Source: Verrucomicrobiia bacterium
Lineage (GTDB): Bacteria > Pseudomonadota > Alphaproteobacteria > Dongiales > Dongiaceae
Assembly: GCA_035544395.1 (NCBI GenBank)
Contig: DATKFM010000328.1
Span: 1 to 51,499 of the forward strand
DNA: 51,499 nucleotides
Direction of reading: 5' to 3'
The notes beneath the pieces were generated by a model that saw nothing but the letters and a program-made list of their open reading frames with translations, was not told the DNA's origin and did no database searches. The translations under genes were made by a program, and so were the position numbers. Positions 1-8,855 of this stretch are shown piece by piece. Position 1 is the first letter of the stretch. Each line of letters starts with the position of its first letter.

Positions 1-186
1 CTCGGCTGCCCGGTGCTCGGCGATCCCGTTTACAGCACCGCGGGCAAGGAGAGCAAAATTTCCATGCACCTGATCGCACGCCGGGTTTCGGTTCCATTTG
101 AGGATGGCGCTGCTCCCATTACCGCAGAGGCGCAAGTGCCGGAACATTTGCGCGCGAAGTTTGAGATGTGTGGGTACAAAGGGTAG
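1..186 (+). CDS. RluA-family pseudouridine synthase, C-terminal fragment (5' end outside window)
   Basis: Frame +1 is open from base 1 to TAG 184-186. Translation LGCPVLGDPVYS...MHLIARRVSVPF resembles the conserved C-terminal G-x-P-[IV]-x-GD-x-x-Y block of RluA/RluD-type enzymes. Confidence 0.6.
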   Translation, partial: LGCPVLGDPVYSTAGKESKISMHLIARRVSVPFEDGAAPITAEAQVPEHLRAKFEMCGYKG

Positions 187-287
187 TCAGGCCCGCAAGT
201 CTGCCGCCATCGCCCGCTGCATTTGCGGAATCGGCAGGCATGATCATAATGGCCCGAGTGCGAAGCGAATTCGCCGGAGAACGGATC

Positions 288-1703
288 ATGCCACTTGAGT
301 TGAAAGCGCCCGCCTCGAATTACAACACCGAAGAAATCTGGCGGAAGGACCGGGATCATTTCCTGCATCCCTGGACCCATTTCGAGTCCTTCAAGAAAGA
401 TGGCTCGCTGGTCGTGGCCGAAGGCAGCGACGCTTACATCATCGACTCCCGCGGCAAGCGCTATCTCGACGGCATCGGTTCGCTCTGGTCGATGGGCATC
501 GGCTATGGCCGGCATGAAATGGCAGATGCCATCGCCGAGCAGGTGCGCCGCCTGCCCTTCTTCAACACCTTCGTCGACACCACCAATCCGCCCGCCGCCG
601 AATTGGCGGCAAAGCTGGCAGAGCTGGCGCCAGGCTCGCTCAACCGCGTCGCCTTCGCCTGCACCGGCTCCGATGCCAACGATACCGCCGTGCGGCTGAC
701 GCACTATTATCACGCGCGCCGCGGCAAGCCGCAGAAACGGCACATCATCTCGCGCAAGGACGCCTATCACGGCTCGACCTATCTCGGGATGTCGCTCACC
801 GGGCGCAGCAGCGACCGCTCGTCGCTGTTCCACTACATCACCGATATCGTGCATCACGTTTCCTCGCCCTATGTTTATCGGCGGCCGGAGGGCATGACCC
901 CGGAGCAGTTCTGCGATTTTCTGGTGAATGAGCTGGAGCAGAAGATTCTCGAGCTCGGCCCGGAGAATGTGGCCGCCTTCATCGCCGAGCCCATCCTCGG
1001 CGCCGGCGGCGTGCTGGTGCCACCGCTGGGCTATCACGGCCGCACTCGCGAGCTCTGCCGCAAATACGATATGCTCTACATCTCTGACGAGGTGGTCACC
1101 GCCTTCGGGCGCGTCGGTCATTGGTTCGCGTCCAAGGACGTCTTCGGCATTGAGCCTGACATCATCGTCACCGCGAAGGGCATCTCCTCCGGTTATATTC
1201 CCCTGGCCGCGACGATCTTCTCCGACGAGGTGTATGACGTCATCAGCGCGCCTGATCCCGACGCCTGGTTCACCCACGGCTTTACCTATTCCGGACATCC
1301 AGTGGCCTGCGTTGCAGGCCTGAAGAACATCGAGATCATGGAGCGGGAAGACCTTTGCGGCCATGTGCGCAAGGTCGGCCCGTATCTGGAGAAACGGCTG
1401 CGCGATCTCTACAGCCTGCCCATCGTCGGCGATGTGCGCGGCCGGAACTTCATGATGTGCACCGAGTATGTCGCCAACAAGGAGACCAAGGCCGTGTTTG
1501 GCGAAGGCGTTGCCATCGGCAAGCGCATCTCCACCTACTGCGAGGAACTTGGCCTGATCGTGCGGCCGCTGGAGCATCTCAACATCATGTCGCCGCCGCT
1601 CATCCTGACGGAGGCGCAGGTGGACGAGATGGTGGACAAGCTGGAAGCCGGCATCCGCGCGACGATCGACAGCTTGGTCCGCGACGGTCACAAGATCGGC
1701 TGA
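288..1703 (+). CDS. Class-III (omega) PLP-dependent aminotransferase
   Basis: Lies in ORF 168..1703. ATG 288 (MPLELKAP...) chosen just before the conserved domain. Motifs GSDANDTAV, DEVVTAFGRVG and TAKGISSGYIPL (PLP-lysine context). Confidence 0.9.
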   Translation: MPLELKAPASNYNTEEIWRKDRDHFLHPWTHFESFKKDGSLVVAEGSDAYIIDSRGKRYLDGIGSLWSMGIGYGRHEMADAIAEQVRRLPFFNTFVDTTNPPAAELAAKLAELAPGSLNRVAFACTGSDANDTAVRLTHYYHARRGKPQKRHIISRKDAYHGSTYLGMSLTGRSSDRSSLFHYITDIVHHVSSPYVYRRPEGMTPEQFCDFLVNELEQKILELGPENVAAFIAEPILGAGGVLVPPLGYHGRTRELCRKYDMLYISDEVVTAFGRVGHWFASKDVFGIEPDIIVTAKGISSGYIPLAATIFSDEVYDVISAPDPDAWFTHGFTYSGHPVACVAGLKNIEIMEREDLCGHVRKVGPYLEKRLRDLYSLPIVGDVRGRNFMMCTEYVANKETKAVFGEGVAIGKRISTYCEELGLIVRPLEHLNIMSPPLILTEAQVDEMVDKLEAGIRATIDSLVRDGHKIG

Positions 1704-1773
1704 CCCAGCTTGTAATTGTCATGGTTTGGCGCTATCTGCGCTGCTTCCGGCGCTCGTCCGGCGGAGAATGAAG

Positions 1774-2727
1774 ATGCTTGAGCGGATCACCGACCGCGCC
1801 ATCACGCGCGACAGCAAAGACAGCATGGGCTATGAGCCGACCTACAGCGGCGTCACCAGCTTCCTGCGCCGCCGCTACACCAAGGACCTGACTGGCGTCG
1901 ACGTGGCCGTCAGCGGTGTGGCGCTGGATACGGCGACGACCAACCGGCCCGGCGCGCGCTTCGGCCCGCGCGCCATCCGCGCTGCCTCCACTAACATGGC
2001 CTGGTTCGGCGGCCCCGGCCATTGGCATATGGATCCGTTCGAGACCCTGTCGGTCGTCGACTATGGCGACTGCTTCTTCGATCCCGGCAAGCCGCAGGAG
2101 ATCGTCGGCGCCATCGAAGCCCATGCGACGGAAATTCTCGATGCCGGCGCCACGCTGCTGACTCTCGGCGGCGACCATTTCATTGCCTATCCGCTGCTGC
2201 GCGCGTACCAGAAGAAATACGGACCGCTATCCCTGGTCCATTTCGACGCACATTCTGACACCTGGCGCGAGGACGAGAAGCGCCTCGACCACGGCACTAT
2301 GTTCTTCCATGCCGCCCAGGAGAAACTGGTCGATCCCGAGCATTCCGTGCAGATCGGCCTGCGCACCCACAATGACGAGACCCACGGCTTCAACATCCTC
2401 GACGGCAACTGGGTGCAGGAGAACGGCCCGCAGGCAGTGATCGACCGCGTCAAGCAGATCGTGGGCAAGCGCAAGGCCTATCTGTCGTTCGACATCGACT
2501 GCCTCGATCCCGCCTATGCGCCGGGCACCGGCACGCCGGTGTGCGGCGGACTCACGACTTGGCAGGCGCAGCGTATCATCAGAGGCCTCGTGGATATCGA
2601 TTTCGTCGGCATGGATCTGGTGGAAGTGGCACCGGCCTACGACGTCGGCGAGATCAGCGCGCTGGCGGGCGCGAGTTTGTGCCTCGATTATCTCTGCCTG
2701 CTGGCGACACGAAGGAAGAAAAAGTAA
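1774..2727 (+). CDS. Agmatinase/guanidino-acid hydrolase (arginase-fold ureohydrolase)
   Basis: Lies in ORF 1726..2727. Mn-site motifs HFDAHSDTW, GGDHFIAYP and SFDIDCLDPAYAPGTGTP. GGAGA 1763-1767 sits 6 nt before ATG 1774; ATG 1768 is an alternative start. Confidence 0.88.
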   Translation: MLERITDRAITRDSKDSMGYEPTYSGVTSFLRRRYTKDLTGVDVAVSGVALDTATTNRPGARFGPRAIRAASTNMAWFGGPGHWHMDPFETLSVVDYGDCFFDPGKPQEIVGAIEAHATEILDAGATLLTLGGDHFIAYPLLRAYQKKYGPLSLVHFDAHSDTWREDEKRLDHGTMFFHAAQEKLVDPEHSVQIGLRTHNDETHGFNILDGNWVQENGPQAVIDRVKQIVGKRKAYLSFDIDCLDPAYAPGTGTPVCGGLTTWQAQRIIRGLVDIDFVGMDLVEVAPAYDVGEISALAGASLCLDYLCLLATRRKKK

Positions 2728-2734
2728 CGCAACC

Positions 2735-2778
2735 TTGTCATCCCGGATAATCGCGCTGACGCGCGATCTCCGGGACAA
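2735..2778. repeat. REP-like compound hairpin with TGTCATCCCGG core between convergent gene ends
   Basis: TTGTCATCCCGGA-TA-ATCGCGC-TGAC-GCGCGAT-C-TCCGGGACAA forms nested inverted repeats. The TGTCATCCCGG core recurs at 12249-12294. Confidence 0.6.
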
Positions 2779-2793
2779 CATTGGTTGCGGCGC

Positions 2794-3939
2794 CTACTGC
2801 TGCAGCACCTGCGACACGAACTGCTCGATGAAATAGCCCTTGTACGCGCCCGGTATCCAGGGCCGGCCGTTCTGCTGGCGCTGCTCTTCGGGAATCAGCG
2901 CGTTCTCGCCCGTGATGTCCGTGCGCGCCAAGTAGCTGCCGATGGTGGCGTTGAGCTGCTTCTGCACGTCGGCCTGAATCAGGTAGCTGACAAACAGCAG
3001 CGCCGCCGCCTTGTGCGGGGCGTTGGCGGGAATGCCCAGGCTGTCGCCGCCGCCGGGCATGCCGAGCGTGGGGATGTAGAGCTTCGCCCGCTTGAACAGC
3101 GTGCCCTTGGAGAGCGACACCGCGGTGTCGTCGTCCCAGGCCGAGGCCATCATTACCTCGCCCTGGTTCACGCGATCGAGGGAGTCGTTGTTCGACGCCG
3201 TGATGGTGAACTTGTCTTCATTGGCGTTGAACCAGTCCCACACCTTGCCCCAGTCGGCGACCTTGGCCTTATCCAGCTCGGTGTCGCCGTCATAACGCTT
3301 CTCGTCGCCGAGGATGTTGACGATCGCCGCCTGCACGAAGGCCTGGCCGGACCCGCCCTTGGACGGATCGTTGAAGGCGAACTGGCCGGGATTGGCGTCG
3401 AGCCACGCCGTGAATTCGTCCCAGGTCTGCGGCGGTGTCGGCACTTTCTCCGGGTCATACACAAAACCGGTCTGGTTGCGATAAACCGGCACCAGATAAC
3501 CACCGGTGGCATAGCCCTCTTGCACTTTCGACAGCTTGGCATCCAGCTTGTCGGAATCGGGGATCACGCCCACCAGCGGGCCATAGAGTGCCTTGGCATC
3601 CAGCAGGCCCTTCAGCTCCACGCCGCCCACCAGCAGCGCATCGATGGTGCCTTCGGCGCTCGACGCCTCGGCCACCACCTTGCCGATATTCGCCGGCCGG
3701 TCGCCGGTAACTACATTCACGGCGATGCCGTACTTGGCCTCGAAGTCCTTTGCCGCAGTGCGCCAGAACTCCTCACCCCACCAGGCGTAGAAGGTCATGT
3801 TGCCCTCGGCCTTCGCCGCTTCCACGATCTTGTCCCAAGGCTGGGTGAGCAGGTCGTCGGCCGCGCCGGCAATTCCAGGTCCGGCGGTGAGCGCCGCCAA
3901 ACCGACAGCGGCGGATAGGAAAGCGCGTCTTGTGGTCAT
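2794..3939 (-). CDS. ABC transporter periplasmic substrate-binding protein (PotD/PotF-like, family 1)
   Basis: Real gene is the 3' part of ORF 2794..4974. ATG at 3939 (MTTRRAFLSAAVGLAALTAGPGIAGA, Tat/Sec-like signal) is preceded by GAGGGAGGAGA. Confidence 0.9.
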   Translation of the reverse strand: MTTRRAFLSAAVGLAALTAGPGIAGAADDLLTQPWDKIVEAAKAEGNMTFYAWWGEEFWRTAAKDFEAKYGIAVNVVTGDRPANIGKVVAEASSAEGTIDALLVGGVELKGLLDAKALYGPLVGVIPDSDKLDAKLSKVQEGYATGGYLVPVYRNQTGFVYDPEKVPTPPQTWDEFTAWLDANPGQFAFNDPSKGGSGQAFVQAAIVNILGDEKRYDGDTELDKAKVADWGKVWDWFNANEDKFTITASNNDSLDRVNQGEVMMASAWDDDTAVSLSKGTLFKRAKLYIPTLGMPGGGDSLGIPANAPHKAAALLFVSYLIQADVQKQLNATIGSYLARTDITGENALIPEEQRQQNGRPWIPGAYKGYFIEQFVSQVLQQ

Positions 3940-3989
3940 CTTCGTCTCCTCCCTCAGTTTGACCCCGGCGGTTCGCCGGCGGCCGTTTG

Positions 3990-4838
3990 TCAAAGCTTTC
4001 CGAAAGCGGAGGACAGATACTCCGTCTTCAGAAAGCGCTCTGCGATAAACAAAAGCGCGACGCTGGGCACCATCAGGATGATGGAAACCACGGCGGCGTT
4101 GGTGCGCACGAAATGATATCCCAGATAGTCGAACAGCACGGTCGGTATGGTCTGGAATGTGGGCGTCCCGATCACGAATGTCAGGTTGAACTCCTCCAGG
4201 CTGTTGATGAAGGTGAACACCGCGCCGGCGAACAGGCCGGGCATGACCAGGGGAATCAGCACATGCCAGACCAGCGCGAGCTGCCCGGCGCCGAGATTGC
4301 GCGCGGCGTCGATCACGTCCTGCGGAATGGCCTCGAACGCGGTGGCGAGGATGCGCAGCATGTAGGGCATGCTGAGCAGCGTGTGGCCGATCACCAGGCC
4401 GACGAAGGTCTGCGACAGGCCGAGGCCCTGGAACACGCGGCTGAGAAACATGGCGATCACCATCGCCGGCAGCACGATCGGCAGCAGGATGAGAACCCGC
4501 AACGCCTCCTTGCCGGGAAACTGGCAGCGTCCCAGAGCATAAGCCGTCGGCAGCGCCAGCAGGAAGGACACTACCGTAACAATTGGCGCCAGAATGAAGC
4601 TGGTGGTGACTGCCCGGCCGATCTCGGAGAACTCGAACACATATTTCCACTGCGCCAGCGACAGGCTCGGCGGCAGGATCGCCGGCGGCGACCAGGGCTC
4701 GTCCGGATTTACCAGGGACCACATGACGGCCATGAACAGCGGCACGCCGGTCCAGAGCACCAGCAGCGCGACAACGAGCTGCGCCAGGAAACGCCGCAGC
4801 GTGGGCCGCGCGCGACGGCGCGGTGCGGGCATTGCCAT
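3990..4838 (-). CDS. ABC transporter permease (PotC-like)
   Basis: 3' part of ORF 3990..5867, start MAMPAPRRR at 4838, 11 nt after the upstream permease stop. EAA-loop IDAARNLGAGQLALVWHVLIPL. Multiple TM segments. Confidence 0.88.
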   Translation of the reverse strand: MAMPAPRRRARPTLRRFLAQLVVALLVLWTGVPLFMAVMWSLVNPDEPWSPPAILPPSLSLAQWKYVFEFSEIGRAVTTSFILAPIVTVVSFLLALPTAYALGRCQFPGKEALRVLILLPIVLPAMVIAMFLSRVFQGLGLSQTFVGLVIGHTLLSMPYMLRILATAFEAIPQDVIDAARNLGAGQLALVWHVLIPLVMPGLFAGAVFTFINSLEEFNLTFVIGTPTFQTIPTVLFDYLGYHFVRTNAAVVSIILMVPSVALLFIAERFLKTEYLSSAFGKL

Positions 4839-4849
4839 GGCCGCGGCGC

Positions 4850-5707
4850 TCACCGGCCCATCTCCTGCAGCGCGCGGGCGGTGCGCGCATAGACGCCGAC
4901 GAACAGCAGAGAGGTGACGACGATGACGACGCCGATGCAGGCGGCCGGCCCCCATTGCTGCAGGGTGAAGGCATCGGTGTACATCAGCACCGACAGGGAC
5001 GAGGGATAGACCGGCCCCGCCACCCGGGTGATGGCGAAATCGCCGAAGGTCAGGATGAACACCAGCACGATGGCGATCAGGATGCCCGGCACCGACAGCG
5101 GCAGCGTGACATGCAGGATCACCCGCAGCGGGCTGGCGCCGAGATTGCGCGCCGCATCCTCGATATCCGTGCGGATGGTCTGCAACACCGAGGCGAGGAT
5201 CAGCAGCTGGAACGGCAGGTTCTTCCAGATCTGGATCACCAGCACGTTCCAGCCGAACTTGTCGTTCAGCATGCGGAACGGCCGGTCGATCAGCCCGATC
5301 TCCATCAGCAGGCTGTTGAGGATGCCGTTGTAGGCGAGCACGTTGAGGATCAGGAAAGCGGCCACCAGCGCCGGCACGAACAGCGGGATCTTGACGATCG
5401 AGCCGATGGTCCGCGTGCCGAAGCCGCGTCGCCGCAAAAACAGCGCCAGCGGATAGGCGAAGATCAGCGTGCCGAAGGCGCTGCCCAGACCGACCTTCAG
5501 CGAGAATAGGAAGCTGTCGATGAACGTCCTGTCGAATATGACCTGCCAGTATTTGCCCGTCAGCCGGGACTCGCCGACCAGCGAATAGAGGCCGATGCTC
5601 TGCAGGAAGGTCATGGCGATGGCGGCTGCGAGAAAGCAGAAGATGAACCCCGCGCCCGGAATGATGAGCAGCAGCAAGGCCGGCCAGCGGGGCTGCAGGG
5701 TATTCAT
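4850..5707 (-). CDS. ABC transporter permease (PotB-like)
   Basis: 285-aa ORF with 6 hydrophobic segments. EAA-loop EDAARNLGASPLRVILHVTLPL. Start overlaps the ATPase stop by 4 nt. Confidence 0.9.
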   Translation of the reverse strand: MNTLQPRWPALLLLIIPGAGFIFCFLAAAIAMTFLQSIGLYSLVGESRLTGKYWQVIFDRTFIDSFLFSLKVGLGSAFGTLIFAYPLALFLRRRGFGTRTIGSIVKIPLFVPALVAAFLILNVLAYNGILNSLLMEIGLIDRPFRMLNDKFGWNVLVIQIWKNLPFQLLILASVLQTIRTDIEDAARNLGASPLRVILHVTLPLSVPGILIAIVLVFILTFGDFAITRVAGPVYPSSLSVLMYTDAFTLQQWGPAACIGVVIVVTSLLFVGVYARTARALQEMGR

Positions 5708-6735
5708 GCGACGATCCGCACCCGGTCCGGGCGCACGGCAAAAGACACACGCTGGCCTTCCTGCAAAACCACGCCGCTATCGACCTGCGCCCGCAATTGC
5801 TGTCCGGACGCTTCCACCAGAAGCTCGGTGAAATTGCCGCGGAACACGGCGCTGCGCAGGACGGCATCGCGGATATTGCCGGAGCCGTCGGGCACGAGCT
5901 GCATATCCTCGGGCCGCCAGCTCAATCTCGCGCCGCCGCTTGCCGGTCCCTCGCCGGTAAAGGCGAAGCGGCCCACCGCCGTCTCGGCCATGCCGTCGGC
6001 AATCGCTGTTACCGCGACGATATTCGCCGCGCCCAGGAAGTCCGCGACGAAGGCGCTGCGCGGCTGGCGATAGATGGTGGCGGGATCGCCCTCCTGCTCT
6101 ATGCGGCCGCCATTCATCACCACGATCCGGTCGGAGATCGCCATCGCCTCCGATTGGTCGTGCGTGACGTAAAGTGTGGTAATGCGCAGCCGCCGCTGCA
6201 AATCCCGGATCTCGATGCGCACCTTCTCGCGCAGCTTGGCGTCCAGGTTCGACAACGGCTCGTCGAACAGCAGGATATCCGGCCGCGTCACGATGGCCCG
6301 CGCCAGCGCCACGCGCTGCTGCTGTCCGCCGGAGAGTTCGCCCGGCCGCCGCTTCTCGAGGCCGCGCAGGCTGACCATATCGAGCGCCTCGGCGATGCGG
6401 CTCTCCCGCTCCGTCGCCGACAGCTTCCTCATGCGCAGGCCGAAGGCGATGTTGTCGGCCACCGACATGTGGGGAAACAGCGCATAGCTTTGGAACACCA
6501 TCGCGGTGTTGCGCCGGTGCGGCGGGACGTCGGTCATCTGGCGGTCGCCGAACCGGATCTCGCCGCTGTCAGGCGCGATGAAGCCGGCGACCATGCGCAA
6601 CGTCGTGGTCTTGCCGCAGCCTGACGGGCCGAGCAGCGTCACGAACTCGCCATCGGCCACATCAAGCGAGACATCATCGACGGCGGTGAAGCCGCCATAA
6701 CGCCGCGTCACCTGGGCCAGGGTCAGCGTGCTCAT
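5704..6735 (-). CDS. ABC transporter ATP-binding protein (PotA-like, C-terminal TOBE-like domain)
   Basis: Walker A GPSGCGKTT, signature LSGGQQQRVALARA, Walker B ILLFDEPLS. Confidence 0.95.
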   Translation of the reverse strand: MSTLTLAQVTRRYGGFTAVDDVSLDVADGEFVTLLGPSGCGKTTTLRMVAGFIAPDSGEIRFGDRQMTDVPPHRRNTAMVFQSYALFPHMSVADNIAFGLRMRKLSATERESRIAEALDMVSLRGLEKRRPGELSGGQQQRVALARAIVTRPDILLFDEPLSNLDAKLREKVRIEIRDLQRRLRITTLYVTHDQSEAMAISDRIVVMNGGRIEQEGDPATIYRQPRSAFVADFLGAANIVAVTAIADGMAETAVGRFAFTGEGPASGGARLSWRPEDMQLVPDGSGNIRDAVLRSAVFRGNFTELLVEASGQQLRAQVDSGVVLQEGQRVSFAVRPDRVRIVA

Positions 6736-6737
6736 CG

Positions 6738-6844
6738 TTGCGTCGGGGCGCCGGTCACACCGCCGGCCGCAGGCCCAGGGAGGTTTGCAAGCGAGCGATC
6801 CGGCATCTCAGGAGTCCCTATGGCAAACCCGCGCCCCGACGCAA
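6738..6844 (-). promoter_or_regulatory. Structured 5' leader of the ABC operon (14-bp perfect inverted repeat plus nested stem)
   Basis: TTGCGTCGGGGCGC 6738-6751 is the exact reverse complement of GCGCCCCGACGCAA 6831-6844. Nested pair GGTTTGC 6782-6788 / GCAAACC 6823-6829. The 3' arm ends 2 nt before the ATG at 6735. Confidence 0.5.
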
Positions 6845-6868
6845 GACGTCAACAAGGTAGCATAATTT

Positions 6869-6881
6869 TGGCATATTGCCA
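6869..6881. promoter_or_regulatory. Palindromic operator candidate TGGCATATTGCCA in the ABC-operon promoter region
   Basis: Perfect 5-3-5 palindrome TGGCA-TAT-TGCCA. It lies next to a minus-strand TTGACA (6892-6887). Confidence 0.35.
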
Positions 6882-6986
6882 GATTTTGTCAATTTCTGTG
6901 GAATTTTGTGTCGAACGAAAAAGGCGGTGTTTTCCCGATTTTTCAACAGATTAACAGGCGCAGGACAATGGGAAACTTACTAGCCG

Positions 6987-7676
6987 TCAGTCCACCTCCA
7001 CCACCCGGTCCGACGCCAGCACGCTCTTGAAGAACTCCGGCACCTGCAGACCACCCTTCACCTTGGCGTCGAGCGCCGCTTCGGCCGTGCGGATGTCCGC
7101 CAGCTTGGCGATGACAGCGGCCGCCTCCGAGCGCCTGACGATCACGATACCGTCCACATCGCCAATGACGATGTCACCGGACTCCACGACCGAACCGCCG
7201 ACCACCACCGGCAGTCCCACCGTTCCCGGCCCGACCCGCGCCGGCGAGTTCGGCGTCACGCCCGCACAGTAGATCGGCAGCCCCACGGCCTGGATGCCTG
7301 GCAGATCGCGGGCGAGCCCGTCGGTCACCAGGCCGGCGAGGCCACGATTGCGCGCCATGCCCATATAGAGATCGCCCACCAGCGCCGTCGCGGTGAAGCC
7401 GTCCGTGGCAGCCACCACCACATCGCCCGCCTTCGCCGCCTCCAGCGCGCCGAACGCCGCCAGGTTGTCCGCCGGGCCGCAATGGCAGGTGACCGCCACG
7501 CCCACCAGCACGGATTTCACCGGCAGCAGCGGCTTGATGCGATAGTCCAGCGCGCCGCGGCCGCCGAGCGCGTCGACCACATAGCCGGTCGGCACATCGG
7601 CGAAGGCGGCAACCTCCGCCGGCGTCGGCCGCAGAAAATTGCGGCGGATGGTAAGGGCGGGCGGGTCCTTGATCAT
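6987..7676 (-). CDS. RraA-family protein / HMG-CHA-type class II aldolase-oxaloacetate decarboxylase-like
   Basis: 229-aa ORF. The pattern VVDALGGRGALD...GDVVVAATDG...GDLYMGMARNRGLAGLVTDGLARD is typical of the RraA/dimethylmenaquinone-methyltransferase fold. Confidence 0.8.
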   Translation of the reverse strand: MIKDPPALTIRRNFLRPTPAEVAAFADVPTGYVVDALGGRGALDYRIKPLLPVKSVLVGVAVTCHCGPADNLAAFGALEAAKAGDVVVAATDGFTATALVGDLYMGMARNRGLAGLVTDGLARDLPGIQAVGLPIYCAGVTPNSPARVGPGTVGLPVVVGGSVVESGDIVIGDVDGIVIVRRSEAAAVIAKLADIRTAEAALDAKVKGGLQVPEFFKSVLASDRVVEVD

Positions 7677-7679
7677 GAT

Positions 7680-8855
7680 CTATTCCTGTCGGTGTTGGGT
7701 GAAGAGCAGATTCCTGTCGATATCGGCGATGCGGGTGATGCCGCAGAGGCCGAGCACGCGATCGATTTCACGCCGGTAGATTTCCAGCATATGGGCGACT
7801 CCGGCCTCGCCCGCGACCGCGAGGCCCCAGAGCTGCGGCCGTCCGACGAGACAAGCGGCAGCGCCCAGCGCCAACGCCTTGACCACATCGGCGCCACGCC
7901 GTACGCCGCCGTCCATGAGCACCGGGATCTTGCCAGCGACCGCATGCACCACCGCCGGCAGCGCCTCGAGGCTCGCCGGCGCGCCATCGAGCTGCCGGCC
8001 GCCATGGTTCGACACGATCAGGCCGTCGACGCCACGTTCCACAGCAATCTTGGCCTCCGCCGGATGCAGCACGCCTTTGAGCAGCAGCGGCCCCTTCCAG
8101 ACCTTGCGCAGTTCCTCCACATCCTTCCACGACATCGAAGGATCGAGGAGCGACGCCATGCGTCCCGCGATCGCGCGGATGTCGTCGGCCTCGCCCGGCC
8201 GCACATAATTGCCGAAGGTGATGCGGTTCAACTCGCCGCGCATGCGCCACAGCCAGCCCGGCCGGAACGCCATGGACAAATATTCCGCCAGCCCGAAGCG
8301 CGGCGGGATTGCGAAGCCATTCCTGATGTCCCGCTCCCGATTGCCCAGGAGCTGATTGTCGGTCGTCAGCACCAGGGCATCGAAGCCGGCCGCCGCGGCC
8401 CGTTCCGTCAGTTCGCGCGTGAAACCGCGGTCGCGGTAGACGAACACCTGCATCCAGCGCGGCGCGGCGCCGGTCGCCGCCAACTGCTCCAGGCTGCAGA
8501 CCGAACCATGGCTGAGGCAGAAAACCGTGCCCGCCGCTGCCGCCGCGCGCGCAGCACAGCGCTCGCCGTCGGGCCAGAACAACCCGGCCAATCCGGCCGG
8601 GCCGACGATGACAGGCAGGCTCAGCCGCTTGCCGAACAGAGTGACCGACAGATCGCGTGTCGCCGCGCCACGCAAGGGCTGCGGCAACAACCGCAGGTCA
8701 TCGAACGCCGTCTCATTCCACCGGAGTGTGACTTCATCCTCCGCACCGCCATCGGCGAAATCGAACACCGGCCGCGGCAGCGCGCCGCGCGCCAGTCCGC
8801 GCAGGGCGTCGATGCTGTAGGCGCGCCGCTGCCAAGCTGGAGCCGTCCCGCTCAT
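7680..8855 (-). CDS. FMN-dependent alpha-hydroxy acid dehydrogenase/oxidase (LldD/glycolate-oxidase family)
   Basis: Lies in ORF 7680..8960. ATG 8855 overlaps the upstream stop (ATGA). Motifs LKGVLHPAEA, VSNHGGRQLDG and DGGVRRGADVVKALALGA. Confidence 0.9.
   Translation of the reverse strand: MSGTAPAWQRRAYSIDALRGLARGALPRPVFDFADGGAEDEVTLRWNETAFDDLRLLPQPLRGAATRDLSVTLFGKRLSLPVIVGPAGLAGLFWPDGERCAARAAAAAGTVFCLSHGSVCSLEQLAATGAAPRWMQVFVYRDRGFTRELTERAAAAGFDALVLTTDNQLLGNRERDIRNGFAIPPRFGLAEYLSMAFRPGWLWRMRGELNRITFGNYVRPGEADDIRAIAGRMASLLDPSMSWKDVEELRKVWKGPLLLKGVLHPAEAKIAVERGVDGLIVSNHGGRQLDGAPASLEALPAVVHAVAGKIPVLMDGGVRRGADVVKALALGAAACLVGRPQLWGLAVAGEAGVAHMLEIYRREIDRVLGLCGITRIADIDRNLLFTQHRQE

Noticed and set aside
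30-1691. 553-aa antisense ORF opposite the aminotransferase gene
   Set aside because: It is a typical high-GC shadow ORF with an Arg/Ala/Gly-rich, low-complexity translation. The opposite strand carries clear class-III aminotransferase motifs.
2794-5867. Very long ORFs 2794..4974 and 3990..5867 that would imply 726-aa and 625-aa proteins
   Set aside because: The N-terminal extensions are out-of-frame read-through over the upstream genes. Internal ATGs with an SD or tight operon spacing, plus proper signal or TM starts, give normal-sized SBP and permease genes.
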